A DNA stretch of 64,000 nucleotides from an uncultured Spirochaetota bacterium (GTDB lineage: Bacteria > Spirochaetota > Spirochaetia > SZUA-6 > CAVTHK01), in assembly GCA_963734495.1 (NCBI GenBank), contig CAVTHK010000011.1, forward strand, positions 704,001 through 768,000. The letters run 5' to 3'. Positions 28,928 through 39,659 of the stretch are shown one piece after another. Both the position numbers and the translations under genes were made by a program. Position 1 is the stretch's first letter; each line of letters opens with the position of its first letter. Under the pieces are notes generated by a model that searched no databases, had not been told where the DNA came from, and saw nothing but the letters and a program-made list of their open reading frames with translations.

Positions 28928-29986
28928 ATGCCGGCCGCCGTCACGAATCGATCGAAACCCTCGCGCCTCGCGCTGCCGCTGCTGCTGGTGCTGCTCGCGC
29001 TCATCGTCCCGTTCGCCTGCGGTCTGGGCTCGGTGCCCGTCGCGCCCGCCGAGGTCGTGCGCTCCGTGGCCTCCGCGCTCGGCGTGCGCGCGTTCGGAAG
29101 CCCGTCCGCCGCTTCCGCCGCCATCGTGCTGCAGGTTCGCCTGCCGCGCGTCCTGGTGGCGCTGCTCGTCGGCGCGGGCCTCGCGCTCGCGGGCGCGGTG
29201 ATGCAGGGCCTCTTCCGCAACCCGATGGCGAGCCCCGACGTGCTGGGCGTTTCCGCGGGCGGGAGCCTCGGCGCCGTGCTGGCCATCGCGACCGGGCTCG
29301 CCGACCTCCGCCTGGAGGCCCTGCCCCTGTTCGCCCTCGCGGGCTCGCTCGCGGCCGCGCTCGTCGTGTACGCGATCGCCACGGGCAGGGGCAGCACGTC
29401 GCTGCTCTTTCTCATCCTGGCGGGTCTCGCGGTCTCCTCGCTGCTCAACGGCCTGATCAGCGGCGTGCTCCTGCTCGCGCGCGAGCAGGAGGTGAGCCGG
29501 TTCATTTTCTGGACCATGGGCGGCCTCGACGGCCGCAGGTGGGTGCACGTGCAGATGACGCTGCTCGTCGCCGTCCCCTGCGGGGCCGTGCTGCTCGCCT
29601 CGAGCCGGGAGCTGAACCTGCTGATGCTCGGCGAGGAAGGCGCGCACGCGCTCGGCCTCCGCGTCGAGACCGCCAAGCGCGTCCTCCTCGGCGTCGCGGC
29701 GCTGCTGACCGGGGCGGCCGTGGCCGTGAGCGGCACCATCGGCTTCGTCGGCCTGCTCGTGCCCCACCTGCTGCGGCTGCTCGTCGGCCCGGACCACAGG
29801 CGCCTGCTTCCCGCCTCGGCCGCGGGCGGCGCCCTCTTCCTCGTGCTGTGCGACCTGATCGCGCGCACCGTGCTCGCGCCCTTCGAGCTGCGGGTCGGGA
29901 TCGTCACCGCCCTGATCGGCTCGCCCTACCTTCTCTTTCTGATCCTGAGGTACAGGGGAAGGGGGACGCTTGACCCCTTCCGTTGA
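28928..29986 (+). CDS. FecCD/BtuC family ABC permease
   Basis: RLPR, QGLFRNPMASP, GTIGFVGL. Confidence 0.92.
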   Translation: MPAAVTNRSKPSRLALPLLLVLLALIVPFACGLGSVPVAPAEVVRSVASALGVRAFGSPSAASAAIVLQVRLPRVLVALLVGAGLALAGAVMQGLFRNPMASPDVLGVSAGGSLGAVLAIATGLADLRLEALPLFALAGSLAAALVVYAIATGRGSTSLLFLILAGLAVSSLLNGLISGVLLLAREQEVSRFIFWTMGGLDGRRWVHVQMTLLVAVPCGAVLLASSRELNLLMLGEEGAHALGLRVETAKRVLLGVAALLTGAAVAVSGTIGFVGLLVPHLLRLLVGPDHRRLLPASAAGGALFLVLCDLIARTVLAPFELRVGIVTALIGSPYLLFLILRYRGRGTLDPFR

Positions 29987-30759
29987 GCTGCGCGCGGAGG
30001 CCGTGAGCTACGCGATCCGCGGCCGTCCGATCCTCTCCGAAGTGAGCCTCGCGGTCCGCGGGGGCGAGCTCGTCGGCCTGGTCGGCCCCAACGGCGCGGG
30101 CAAGTCGACGCTGCTGCGGCTGCTCGACCGGATCCTGCGGCCGACGTCGGGCAGCATCGCGCTCGACGGGCGGCCGCTCGCCGCCTTCGGCCCGCGGGAG
30201 CGTCGCGCGGCGGATGACGTTCATGAGCCAGGACATGCAGCCCGCCTTCAACCTGCCCGTCCTCGAAGTGGCTCTGCTCGGCCGCTATGCCCACGTGCGG
30301 CGGCTCGAGGCATTTTCGGAGGCCGACCGCGCCGTCGCGGCGGCTGCCCTCTCGACCGTCGGGCTCGACGGCTTCGACGAGCGGCCGTTCCACGAGCTGT
30401 CGACGGGCGAGAAGCACCTCGTGCTGTTCGCGAGGGTCCTGGTGCAGGAGGCCGCGGTGCTGCTGCTCGACGAGCCCACCGCGAACCTCGACATCACGCA
30501 CCGCGAGCGGATCTTCTCCCTCGCGTCGCAGGCGGCAGGCAGGGGGTGCGCCGTCGTCGCGGCCATTCACGACCTCAACGAGGCCGCCGCGCACTGCTCG
30601 CGGCTGGCTCTCCTGCACCGGGGGCGGATCGTCGCCGACGGCGCCCCGGAGGCCGTCCTCAGGCCCGAGGTGCTCGAGCCCGTCTACGGGGTGCGCGCCG
30701 TCGTCACCCGCAGCCTCGCGACCGGCGCGCTGCTGGTCGAGGTGCCGAAGCCGCGCTGA
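29970..30759 (+). CDS. BtuD/FecE-like ABC ATPase, frameshift near 30205
   Basis: GPNGAGKST, LSTGE, LLLDEPT, HDLN. Confidence 0.88.
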
Positions 30760-31796
30760 CCCGCGCGGGAGCCGCGGCCCGCGAGGCGGCGCACCGCGGT
30801 CCCGGGCACGAGCTGCGAGTCGACGATCACGTCGCGGTTCTCGAGGTCCGGCTCGCCGAGCCGCTCTAGGATCAGCTCCCCCGCCCTGGTCCCGATCTCG
30901 CGCGCGTCGAGCGTCACGATGCTCGGCTGCGTGTACATCAGCTCCGCGCCCGCGATGCTGCCGTAGGCCGCGACCGAGACGTCCTGCGGCACGCGGATGG
31001 CGCTCGCGCGGAGGTATCGCAGCGCGCCGATGGCCATGGCGTTGTTCATGGCGATCAGCGCCGTGGGCCTCGCCCGGCGCGAGCAGAGGGCCCGCGCGCC
31101 GTCGAAGCCGGACTCTTCGCCGAAGTCGCCGTCGTGCCTCAGGGGATAGCGGTCGTCGACGGCGAGTCCGCTCTCCCGCATCGCGTCGACGAATCCCCTG
31201 TACCGTTCCCTGCCCGTGCTGAGCGTCTGCGGACCGTTGAGCACGCCGATGCGCCGGTGCCCGAGCCCGATCAGGTGCCGCGTGAGGACGCCCGCTCCCC
31301 GCCGGTTGTCGCTGTCGACGAAGTCGCCGCGGAAGCCGGGCGATCGCCGCAGCCTCCGGGACACGAGCACCACAGGCGTCGTCCGGCTGATGCCCGAGAT
31401 CATCGCGTCGTTGCTCCCCGTCGTGTTGATGATCAGCCCGTCCACCCTGCGGCTCACGAGCGTCGTGAGGTACGAGGCCTCGCGCTCGCGCAGCCCGTCG
31501 GTGCTGCAGACGATGATGTTGTAGCCCTCGCCGGAGACGCGGTCCTCGATGGCCCTCGCCATGGACGTGAAGTGCACGTTGGAGATGTCGGAGACGACGA
31601 AGCCTATGATCTTCGTCTCGCTCTTCTTGAGGCTGCGGGCGATCTCGTTGGGGTGCCATGCGAGCTTCGCGATCGCGCCGAGGACGCGGGCCCGGGTGCC
31701 GCCGGCTACGGGGTAGTTGTCGTTCACCACCCGCGAGACGGTGGCCGTCGAGACCCGCGCGGCCCTCGCAACGTCCGTGATGCTCGCCCGCCGCAT
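30684..31796 (-). CDS. LacI family transcriptional regulator
   Basis: SITDVARAARVSTATVSRVVN HTH plus sugar-binding domain. Confidence 0.93.
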   Translation of the reverse strand: MRRASITDVARAARVSTATVSRVVNDNYPVAGGTRARVLGAIAKLAWHPNEIARSLKKSETKIIGFVVSDISNVHFTSMARAIEDRVSGEGYNIIVCSTDGLREREASYLTTLVSRRVDGLIINTTGSNDAMISGISRTTPVVLVSRRLRRSPGFRGDFVDSDNRRGAGVLTRHLIGLGHRRIGVLNGPQTLSTGRERYRGFVDAMRESGLAVDDRYPLRHDGDFGEESGFDGARALCSRRARPTALIAMNNAMAIGALRYLRASAIRVPQDVSVAAYGSIAGAELMYTQPSIVTLDAREIGTRAGELILERLGEPDLENRDVIVDSQLVPGTAVRRLAGRGSRAGQRGFGTSTSSAPVARLRVTTARTP

Positions 31797-31799
31797 TTC

Positions 31800-32483
31800 T
31801 TACATCACCGTCTCGTCGGGCTTCATGCCCATGGCGTCGTAGAGCTTCCTGCGGCCGATCTTGTCGTGCTTGAGCTCCTGGTGCGCGTACTTCGCCACCT
31901 CGGCCGCCATCGCGCGCGGCACGATCACCACGCCGTCGCCGTCCGCCACGACCACGTCGCCCGGCTTGACGGTCACCCCGCCCACGCACACGGGGATGTC
32001 CTTGGAGTCGAAGGCGAGCCGCGCCTGGACCATCGGCTGCGAGCTCATCTTGCACCAGAACGGCACCTTCTCGAGGATCAGCTCGTCGGTGTCGCGCACG
32101 CCGCCGTTGCAGACGTACCCGACCCCGCCCTTCTTGATCCCCGCCAGCCCGCTGTTGGAGCCGATGAGGCCGACGTCCATGCCGCTCTGGTCGATCACGA
32201 TGAAGTCGCCCTTCTCCAGGTCCATGATCCCCGTGATGGGGTTGACCTCCTTGTAGTACCAGGCCGACCACTGCGTGTACTCCTCCGAGCTCATCCGGGG
32301 GATGCCGCCCTGGTACGGCAGGTACCTGAACGTCTTTGCGATGCCGATGGCCCGCGTGCGGTACAGCGGCCTGATGTCCGACGTCATGGTCCCGTAGAAG
32401 TGCATCATGTTCCAGTCCAGCCCGTCGCGCACGTCGGCCACCCGCAGGTCCTTGTAGAGATCCAGTATCTCGTTCCTGTCCAT
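31800..32483 (-). CDS. RraA-family protein (HMG/CHA aldolase-like) 1
   Basis: DVRDGLD, GGVRD, VKPGDVVVADGDGVV. Confidence 0.88.
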   Translation of the reverse strand: MDRNEILDLYKDLRVADVRDGLDWNMMHFYGTMTSDIRPLYRTRAIGIAKTFRYLPYQGGIPRMSSEEYTQWSAWYYKEVNPITGIMDLEKGDFIVIDQSGMDVGLIGSNSGLAGIKKGGVGYVCNGGVRDTDELILEKVPFWCKMSSQPMVQARLAFDSKDIPVCVGGVTVKPGDVVVADGDGVVIVPRAMAAEVAKYAHQELKHDKIGRRKLYDAMGMKPDETVM

Positions 32484-32570
32484 GTGTCTCTCCTCTCCGC
32501 GGTGGGATTCTCGCACGGGAATCCCGCGCGCGCAACCCAAAACCGCGCCGCAGGGGCCGGAAACCGGCGA

Positions 32571-32584
32571 GGTAAACGTTTACC
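32571..32584. promoter_or_regulatory. LacI-type operator
   Basis: Perfect palindrome GGTAAACGTTTACC with central CG, in the divergent intergenic region. Confidence 0.75.
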
Positions 32585-32748
32585 GTCAATCGGGAGCGCG
32601 CGCACGATTGCGGCCTCCGCGAAACGCCTCCGGGGGGGGCCCGGACGCATCCCGCAAGGCGCTCGCCCGCCCTCGTCCTGCCCGCGACCGCGCTGTGGCA
32701 GCGCGAAGCCACCTTTGCTTCCCGCGCGCGCCCCCGGTGCGAAAACTG

Positions 32749-32776
32749 TTGACTTGGCGCAGGGATGGTTTACAAT
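32749..32776 (+). promoter_or_regulatory. Sigma70-like promoter of the ABC operon
   Basis: TTGACT-16nt-TACAAT followed by GAGGAGG RBS. Confidence 0.6.
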
Positions 32777-32808
32777 CCAGCAAGACGTACTTGAGGAGGT
32801 GCGCAAAC

Positions 32809-34164
32809 ATGTCCAGGAGATTTGTGTTTTTCCTCGTTATCTGTGTCTGTCTCGCTCCACTCGCCTTTGCGGGCGGCACGGACGAGAAGGCGGCCACGGG
32901 CCCGGTCAAGCTGAGCTGGTTCGCCCCGATGTCGGCGGGACCGGAGTTGGACCTCTGGAAGCTCACGCTGATCCCGGATTTCCAGAAAAAGAACCCCAAC
33001 ATCACGGTCGACCTCAGCGTGGAGGTGTGGGCCGACTACTGGCAGAAGATCGCGGTGATGTTCGCGGGCGGCCAGTTCCCCGACCTGGTGTGGATGCACT
33101 ACTCGCGCTTCAAGGACTACGCGGAGCAGGGGATGCTCCAGCCGCTCGATGACGTCATCGCCAAGGACAAGAGCTTTAACGTCAGTGACTACCCGGCCCA
33201 GCTGTTCGACATCTTCAAGCACAAGGGCAAGCAGTTCGTCATCCCCAAGGACCACGGCGGGACCGCGGTCTGGTACAACATCGACATGTTCGATGCTGCG
33301 GGCGTGAAGACGCCGTTCCCGGGCTGGAAGTGGAGCGACTTCCTCCAGATGGCGCAGAAGCTCACCAAGGACACCAACGGCGACGGGCAGATCGACCAGT
33401 GGGGAACCTCGGACATCATGCTCGGCGGCGACCCGGCGAGCTGGTGGCACCACGAGCAGGGCTGGGACATGATCAAGTCGAACGGGGGCGACACCTACAG
33501 CGAAGACTTCAAGCAGGCCTACATCGACAAGCCGGAGACGGTCGAAGCCATCCAGTTCATGGCCGACGTCATGAACAAGTACAAGGTCGCGCCCAAGAGC
33601 GAGCAGCTCGCCGGCCTGGGCGACCCGTTCCGCATCGGCAAGGTGGCCATGTGGGGCTTCGGGCACGCCGCGCAGGGCTTCAACATCCGCTACGAGAAGC
33701 GGCCGATCAAGCGCTACGGCGTCGAGTTCGTGCCCGCGGGCAAGGGCGGCACGTTCTACGGCCTCGGCGCCACGGGCTATGCAATCCCCACCAAGAGCAA
33801 ACACCCCAAGGAGGGGTGGGAGCTCACGAAGTTCGCCCTGAGCAAGGAGACCGGGGAAAAGGTCGCCAAGCAATCGCGGTGGGGCGCGGTCCGCAAGGAC
33901 CAGTGGGGGCTTCGTTTCGAGATGCAGCGCGACGCCGGCATCTACATCGAGGAGAACTGGCAGCGCGTCTGGGTCGACTCGGTGATCAAGGGCGTCCCGG
34001 GCGTCACGGTCGGCAACGCGTTGATCCCCGCCGGCCTGTGGGAGATCAACACGATCCTGAAGACGGAGTTCGACCCCGTCTACCTGGGCAAGCGCACGGC
34101 GCAGGACGCGGCGGCGGCCGCAAAGCCCAAGATCCAGGCAGTTCTCCAGAAAGCGTACAAGTAG
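32809..34164 (+). CDS. Sugar ABC transporter substrate-binding protein
   Basis: Signal ending AFAGG; PDLV, WYNIDMFD, W-W-D motifs. Confidence 0.92.
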   Translation: MSRRFVFFLVICVCLAPLAFAGGTDEKAATGPVKLSWFAPMSAGPELDLWKLTLIPDFQKKNPNITVDLSVEVWADYWQKIAVMFAGGQFPDLVWMHYSRFKDYAEQGMLQPLDDVIAKDKSFNVSDYPAQLFDIFKHKGKQFVIPKDHGGTAVWYNIDMFDAAGVKTPFPGWKWSDFLQMAQKLTKDTNGDGQIDQWGTSDIMLGGDPASWWHHEQGWDMIKSNGGDTYSEDFKQAYIDKPETVEAIQFMADVMNKYKVAPKSEQLAGLGDPFRIGKVAMWGFGHAAQGFNIRYEKRPIKRYGVEFVPAGKGGTFYGLGATGYAIPTKSKHPKEGWELTKFALSKETGEKVAKQSRWGAVRKDQWGLRFEMQRDAGIYIEENWQRVWVDSVIKGVPGVTVGNALIPAGLWEINTILKTEFDPVYLGKRTAQDAAAAAKPKIQAVLQKAYK

Positions 34165-34178
34165 CAACGTAGAGCACG

Positions 34179-34206
34179 GGCAGCCGGGTCATCGGACCCG
34201 GCTGCC
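34179..34206 (+). terminator. Intercistronic stem-loop after the SBP gene
   Basis: GGCAGCCGGGTC-ATCG-GACCCGGCTGCC 12-bp stem. Confidence 0.6.
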
Positions 34207-34267
34207 GTCTTCGACGCGCGGTTTCGGGAAAGGCGTCGCGGCCGCAGGTTGGGGAGGCGAAAGGGAC

Positions 34268-35161
34268 ATGCTGTCTCGAAAGACGAGAGAAGCCATCAAC
34301 GCCTACCTTATGATCGGGCCCTGGCTGCTTGGCTTCGTCCTGTGGATCGCGGGCCCGATGGTCGCGTCGCTCGTCCTGAGCTTCATGGACTGGTCGCTGA
34401 TGTCGCCGCCGGCATGGAGCGGTCTCGGCAATTTCCAGGAGATGCTCAAGGACGACCTCTTCTGGATCTCACTAGTCAACACGGCCTATTACACGTTCAT
34501 CGGCGTTCCCGTGCGTGTGGTCGCGGCGCTCATCGTCGCGCTCGGCATGAACCTCAAGCTGCGCGGGATATCGATCTGGCGGACCATCTACTACATGCCG
34601 TCGATCACTCCCGCGGTGGCGAGCGCGATTATCTGGATGTGGATGTTCAACCCCGATTTCGGCATCCTCAACACGCTCCTCCGCTACGTGGGCATCATGA
34701 CGAAGGTCCAGTGGATCTACGATCCCATTCTCTCGAAGCCGTCGCTGATCCTGATGAGCGTCTGGGGCGTCGGCGGCCAGATGATCGTGCTCCTCGCGGG
34801 GCTTCAGGCGATCCCGGAGCACCTGTACGAGGCGGCGCGGATAGAAGGGACAAACGGGTGGAAGGAGTTCTGGCGGATCACCCTCCCGATGCTCACCCCC
34901 TCGATCTTCTTTGTCACGATCATCCAGATCATCAACTCGTTCCAGGTCTTCACCGCCGCTTACGTGATGACCAAGGGCGGCCCGGAAAACAGCACGTTGT
35001 TCCTCGTGCTCTACCTCTTCCGTCACGGCTTCGAGTTCTTCCACATGGGGTACGCGTCCGCCATGGCGTGGGTCCTGTTCTTGATCGTCCTCGTGTTCAC
35101 CCTCATCCAGTTCAAGCTGTCGAACCGGTGGGTCTTCTACGAGGCGGAGCTACGGAGGTAG
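34268..35161 (+). CDS. Carbohydrate ABC permease
   Basis: EAA loop LYEAARIEG. Confidence 0.93.
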   Translation: MLSRKTREAINAYLMIGPWLLGFVLWIAGPMVASLVLSFMDWSLMSPPAWSGLGNFQEMLKDDLFWISLVNTAYYTFIGVPVRVVAALIVALGMNLKLRGISIWRTIYYMPSITPAVASAIIWMWMFNPDFGILNTLLRYVGIMTKVQWIYDPILSKPSLILMSVWGVGGQMIVLLAGLQAIPEHLYEAARIEGTNGWKEFWRITLPMLTPSIFFVTIIQIINSFQVFTAAYVMTKGGPENSTLFLVLYLFRHGFEFFHMGYASAMAWVLFLIVLVFTLIQFKLSNRWVFYEAELRR

Positions 35162-35167
35162 CCGGCC

Positions 35168-36022
35168 GTGAAATACCGTCACCGCAGGACGCTGCGCCGC
35201 ATTTCCAGGGCTGTGGCCTGGAACCTGGTGCTCGCGATTTTCGGGATCTCGATGCTGGTCCCGTTCTTCTTCGCGCTGTCGACGTCGCTCAAAGAGACCG
35301 GCAAGGAGTTCACGTGGCCGCCCGAGTGGATTCCGCGCCCGTTCGTCTGGCACAACTACGTCCGCGCCATGACGGTGCTTCCCTTTCACCTTTTCGTGAA
35401 GAACACCCTGGTCATCACGCTGAGCGCGACGGCCGGCACGATCCTGACCGCCTCGCTCGCGGGGTTCGCGTTCGCGCGGCTTTCGTTCCCCGCGAGGAAC
35501 TTCCTCTTCGGGCTCTGCCTCTCGAGCCTGATGCTTCCGTACGCGGTGACGATGATCCCGCAGTTCATACTCTTCAAATCCGTGGGCTGGGTCGATACTC
35601 TGCTGCCGCTCATCGTGCCGTCCTGGTTCGGCGGGGGAGCCTTTTCCATCTTTCTTTGCCGGCAGTTCTTCATGACCATCCCCTACGAGTACGACGACGC
35701 GGCGCGGATCGACGGCGCGGGGGAGTGGCAGATCTGGGCGCGCGTGATGCTGCCGCTTTCGCGGCCGGTGCTGGCCACTATCGCCGTGTTCAGCTTCGTC
35801 AACCATTGGAACGATTTCATGGGGCCCCTGATCTACCTCCACACGATGGAGAAGCGCACGATCGCGGTGGGCCTGCGGACCTACGTCGGCATGGAAGGCA
35901 CCGACTGGAACTACCTGATGGCCGCGGCCGTCGCCTCCACGATCCCGATCCTCATCCTGTTCTTCAGCGCGCAGCGGTACTTCGTCAAAGGTGTCGTGAT
36001 GAGCGGCTTGTCGGGTCGGTAA
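35168..36022 (+). CDS. Carbohydrate ABC permease
   Basis: DAARIDGA, WNDFMGP. Confidence 0.93.
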   Translation: MKYRHRRTLRRISRAVAWNLVLAIFGISMLVPFFFALSTSLKETGKEFTWPPEWIPRPFVWHNYVRAMTVLPFHLFVKNTLVITLSATAGTILTASLAGFAFARLSFPARNFLFGLCLSSLMLPYAVTMIPQFILFKSVGWVDTLLPLIVPSWFGGGAFSIFLCRQFFMTIPYEYDDAARIDGAGEWQIWARVMLPLSRPVLATIAVFSFVNHWNDFMGPLIYLHTMEKRTIAVGLRTYVGMEGTDWNYLMAAAVASTIPILILFFSAQRYFVKGVVMSGLSGR

Positions 36023-36100
36023 AGAGGGAAGGAACGGGCCGTCGGGCCCGAGAGTCCCGGCGAGTACGCCGGGCCAAAGTGCAACACAAGGAGAGACGAG

Positions 36101-36841
36101 ATGGCGAACAAGGATCCGTTCGAGCTGGCGAAGCGGTTCAGCCGCTTCGTCAGGGTCACCGACGTCACCGACGGCCTGGACGCCGTGGGGCGGCCCGACG
36201 TCACGCTGATGGACCCGAAGATCCGGCCGTTGTGGATGGGCATGCATTTCTGGGGCCCCGCGGTCACGATGCGCGTGCTTCCGACCAACCGTCCCATGCC
36301 CATCGTCGACAAGAAGGACGCGCTGCGCCAGCACGCGATCTGGCGCGATATGGGCGGTTGGAAAGGGGACCTCAAGCCGCACATCAAGCCCGGCTGCGTC
36401 ATCGTGACCTCGACCGGCGGCGCAAAAGAGTGCGGCTGGTGGGGCTCGAACAACAGCATGGGCATGCAGGCCGCAGGCGCCGTCGGCATCGTCACCGAGG
36501 GCCAGTGCCGCGACACCGACGAGGTCATCATGCAGAAGACCCCCGTCGCCTGCCGCGGGATCGGCCGGCCCATCATCCCGGGCCGCACGGTCCAGGAAGA
36601 GGTGCAGGTCGCGGTGAGCTGCGGCGGCGTCATGGTGCGGCCGGGCGACATCGTCGGCTGCGACTGGGACGGCGTGGTGGTCGTGCCGATCGAGGTGGCC
36701 GAGGACGTGCTGGTCTTTGCCGCCCGCATCGCGGTCGACGACAAGAAGGGCAGGCGCAAGCTCTACGACAAGCTCGGCAAGAAGCCCGACGAGACCGTCG
36801 ACTGGGAAGCCTGCGCGGAGTGGTTCAAGGACCTGCTGTAG
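36101..36841 (+). CDS. RraA-family protein (HMG/CHA aldolase-like) 2
   Basis: DVTDGLD, GQCRD, VRPGDIVGCDWDGVV. Confidence 0.88.
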   Translation: MANKDPFELAKRFSRFVRVTDVTDGLDAVGRPDVTLMDPKIRPLWMGMHFWGPAVTMRVLPTNRPMPIVDKKDALRQHAIWRDMGGWKGDLKPHIKPGCVIVTSTGGAKECGWWGSNNSMGMQAAGAVGIVTEGQCRDTDEVIMQKTPVACRGIGRPIIPGRTVQEEVQVAVSCGGVMVRPGDIVGCDWDGVVVVPIEVAEDVLVFAARIAVDDKKGRRKLYDKLGKKPDETVDWEACAEWFKDLL

Positions 36842-36861
36842 ACCCGGCGCCTCTACACGCG

Positions 36862-36900
36862 AGCCCCGGGGCCCGTCGGGCCGCCGGGGCTTTCTTGTTT
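36862..36900 (+). terminator. Rho-independent terminator
   Basis: AGCCCCGG...CCGGGGCT stem followed by TTTCTTGTTT. Confidence 0.7.
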
Positions 36901-37707
36901 ACAGGACAGCCAGCCTCAGCCGGTAGCTCAGCACCATGGCGGGCCGCCGGCCCCCGAGCCTCTCGGCTGCGAGGTCCCGCAGCCCCGCGAGGCCCAGCTC
37001 GGCTTCGGTGTGCCTGTCCTTGAGCAGGTCCTGCAGCCACCCCTGACTGAGCGCGATCCCGACGAATCGACGGGCGCTGCACGGCTCGGCCGCGTGGAAG
37101 ACGACCTCCCGCACGTAGCGGAACAGACCCGAACCGCGGATGTCGTCGAGGTGCCGGCTCTTTTCCCGCTGCCGCGCATAGGGCTTGCCGCCGGCCCGCG
37201 CGATCTCGCCGCCGCGGCGGTACATCTCGTCGAATGCCTGCTCGAGCGCCCGGTCGACCACGGGCGGCCAGTCGCAGTCATAGGCCGCAAAGACGCCTCC
37301 CGGACGCAGAATCCGGGCGGCCTCCCGCAGCGTGCTCGCGGGCTCCATCCAGTGAAAGGACTGCGAGCAGGTCACGACATCCGCGCTCGCGGGATCGAGG
37401 CCCGTGCTTTCGGCAAACGCTTCGCGGAACGTCACAGACGCGCGGCCCGTGCCTGCTTCGGCGCGCAGCGCGCCACGGACAGCATGTCCGCGCTGGGATC
37501 CACGCCGATCACCCGATCAGCGATCCGGGCCCAGAGGAACGTGGACAGGCCCGTACCGCAGCCGAGATCGACGACGGTGCCCGGGCGCCTCGCCTGCAGG
37601 TAGATCGCCGCGATCCGCGGCACAACGGACGGCGCCCTCGGCCGATGCGTGTCGTACAGTCGCGAATAGCCCGTGAAGCGCCGGACCTTGAGCTCGCCGT
37701 CACCCAT
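36899..37707 (-). CDS. Class I SAM-dependent methyltransferase, frameshift near 37470
   Basis: VDLGCGTG, SQSFHW, LRPGG. Confidence 0.85.
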
Positions 37708-37786
37708 CGCAGCGCATCTTGCCGCGCCGCACGCCCTCGCGCAAGACGACTTGCCTCGGCTCGAGGCCGTCGCTAAGCTTTCGCCC

Positions 37787-39590
37787 ATGCCGGGACAACA
37801 GATCCCCGCGCGGTCCGAGCTGCCGCGGGACATGACCTGGGACCTGACCTCGCTCTACCGCGACGACGCGGCCTGGGAGGCCGACTTCCAGGGCTTCCGC
37901 GCGAAGCTCGAGCCGCTGCTCGCGCTCAAGGGGAGGCTCGCAAGCTCCGCGGCCGTCCTTCGCGCCGCGCTCGAGGCGCAGGACGAGATCGAGCGCATCC
38001 TCGAGAAGCTTCACACCTACGCGCACCTCAGGAACGACGAAGACCTCGGCAACCAGGGGTACCAGGCGATCTTTGACAGGGCCACGTCGCTGTACCACGA
38101 GACATCCGCCGAGCTCGCCTGGATCACTCCCGAGATCATGGCCATCCCGGACGATACGATCCAGGGGCTCCTCGCCTCGCCCGAGCTCGCCTTCTACCGC
38201 TTTGCCCTCGAGGTGTTGCTGCGCTTCAAGCCGCACACGCTGTCCGACTCCGAGGAGCGGCTGCTCGCCCTCGCCGGCGAGGCGCTGGGCAGCCCGTACA
38301 AGACGTTCTCCCGGTTCAGCAACGCGGACCTCCGGTTCCCCATGGTGCCGGACGGCAAGGGAGGCGAGACGGAGCTCAGCCAGGGGAACTTCGTCGTGTT
38401 CCTGGAGAACCATGACCGGACGGTGAGGCGCGCCGCCTTCGAGGCGCTCTACGACACGTACGGCCGGTTCAGGAACACGCTGGCCGCGACGCTCGACGGC
38501 GCGGTCAAGGCCGCCATCTTCGGCACCCGCGCGCGCAAGTACTCTTCGACGCTCGAGGCGAGCCTCTTTCCGGACAATGTTCCGCGTGCGGTTTACGACA
38601 GCCTGATCGACGCGATCCACGAGCGCCTCGACGTCTTCCACCGCTACGTGTCGCTGCGGCGCGGGGCCCTCGGCCTCGATCGCCTCGACATGTACGACAT
38701 GTATGTGCCGCTGGTGCCCGACTTCGAGCTCGAGGTGAGCTGGGAACAGGCGAAGGAGTGGGTCCTCGCGTCGATCGCCCCGCTGGGCGGCGAGTACCAG
38801 GCGATCGCGAGACAGGCCTTCGAGCAGCGCTGGTTCGACGTGCCGGAGTGCCGGGGCAAGCGTTCCGGCGCCTATTCCAGCGGGTGCTACGACTCGCCGC
38901 CCTACATCCTGCTGAACTACAAGGGCACCCTGGACAGCGTGTTCACGCTGGCCCACGAGCTGGGCCATTCGATGCACACGCTACCTCGCCAACCGCAGCC
39001 AGGGCTTCCGCTACGCCGACTACGCCATCCTGGTGGCGGAGGTGGCTTCGACCACCAACGAGATGCTGCTCACCGAGCACCTGCTCAGGGAGACCTCGGA
39101 CCGGCGGTTCCGCCGCTACCTGCTGAACCACCTGTGCGACGGGTTCAAAGGCACGGTCTACCGCCAGGTCCAGTTCGCCGAGTTCGAGCGGCTGCTCTTC
39201 GACATGGCGGAGAGGGGCGAGCCGCTGACGCACGAGACCGTGAGCGACCGTTACTACGAGATCAACGCGCGCTACTACGGGCCGGAGGTGGCGGCGGACC
39301 GCAGGATCGCCCTCGAGTGGATGAGGATCCCGCACTTCTACTACAACTTCTACGTCTACAAGTACGCGACCGGCTTTTCGGCCGCGGTGGCCCTCTCGCA
39401 GCGGATCCTCTCTGGCGACGCCCGCAAGGTGGAGGCATACCTCGGCTTTCTCAAGGCCGGGGCGAGCAAGGATCCCCTGGACGTGCTGCGGGACGCGGGG
39501 GTCGATCTCGCGGTCCCCGACCCGATCGTCGCCGGCCTGTCGAAGTTCGACCGCGTCATCGCGGATCTGCAGGCTGAGCTCGGCGCGTGA
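37787..39590 (+). CDS. pepF: Oligoendopeptidase F (M3B), frameshift near 38980
   Basis: TWDL, GKRSGAYS, HELGHSMH, AEVAST, PHFY, YKYATG. Confidence 0.92.
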
Positions 39591-39659
39591 GCTCGAGGCC
39601 CCCCGGAGCACCGGGGGGCTTGGGACCTGGCGCAGACGCCAGGTCGTAGGAGGCCTGGC

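Noticed and set aside
27250-29907. 885-aa minus-strand ORF, and other long Arg/Ala/Pro-rich ORFs such as 29926-32712, 34249-37023 and 18928-21498
   Set aside because: Stop-poor alternative frames typical of very high GC DNA, overlapping genes with clear motifs.
38960-39000. Programmed frameshift in pepF, and similarly in nadA and the ABC ATPase
   Set aside because: No slippery heptamer seen, and indels are widespread across unrelated genes, so error is more likely.
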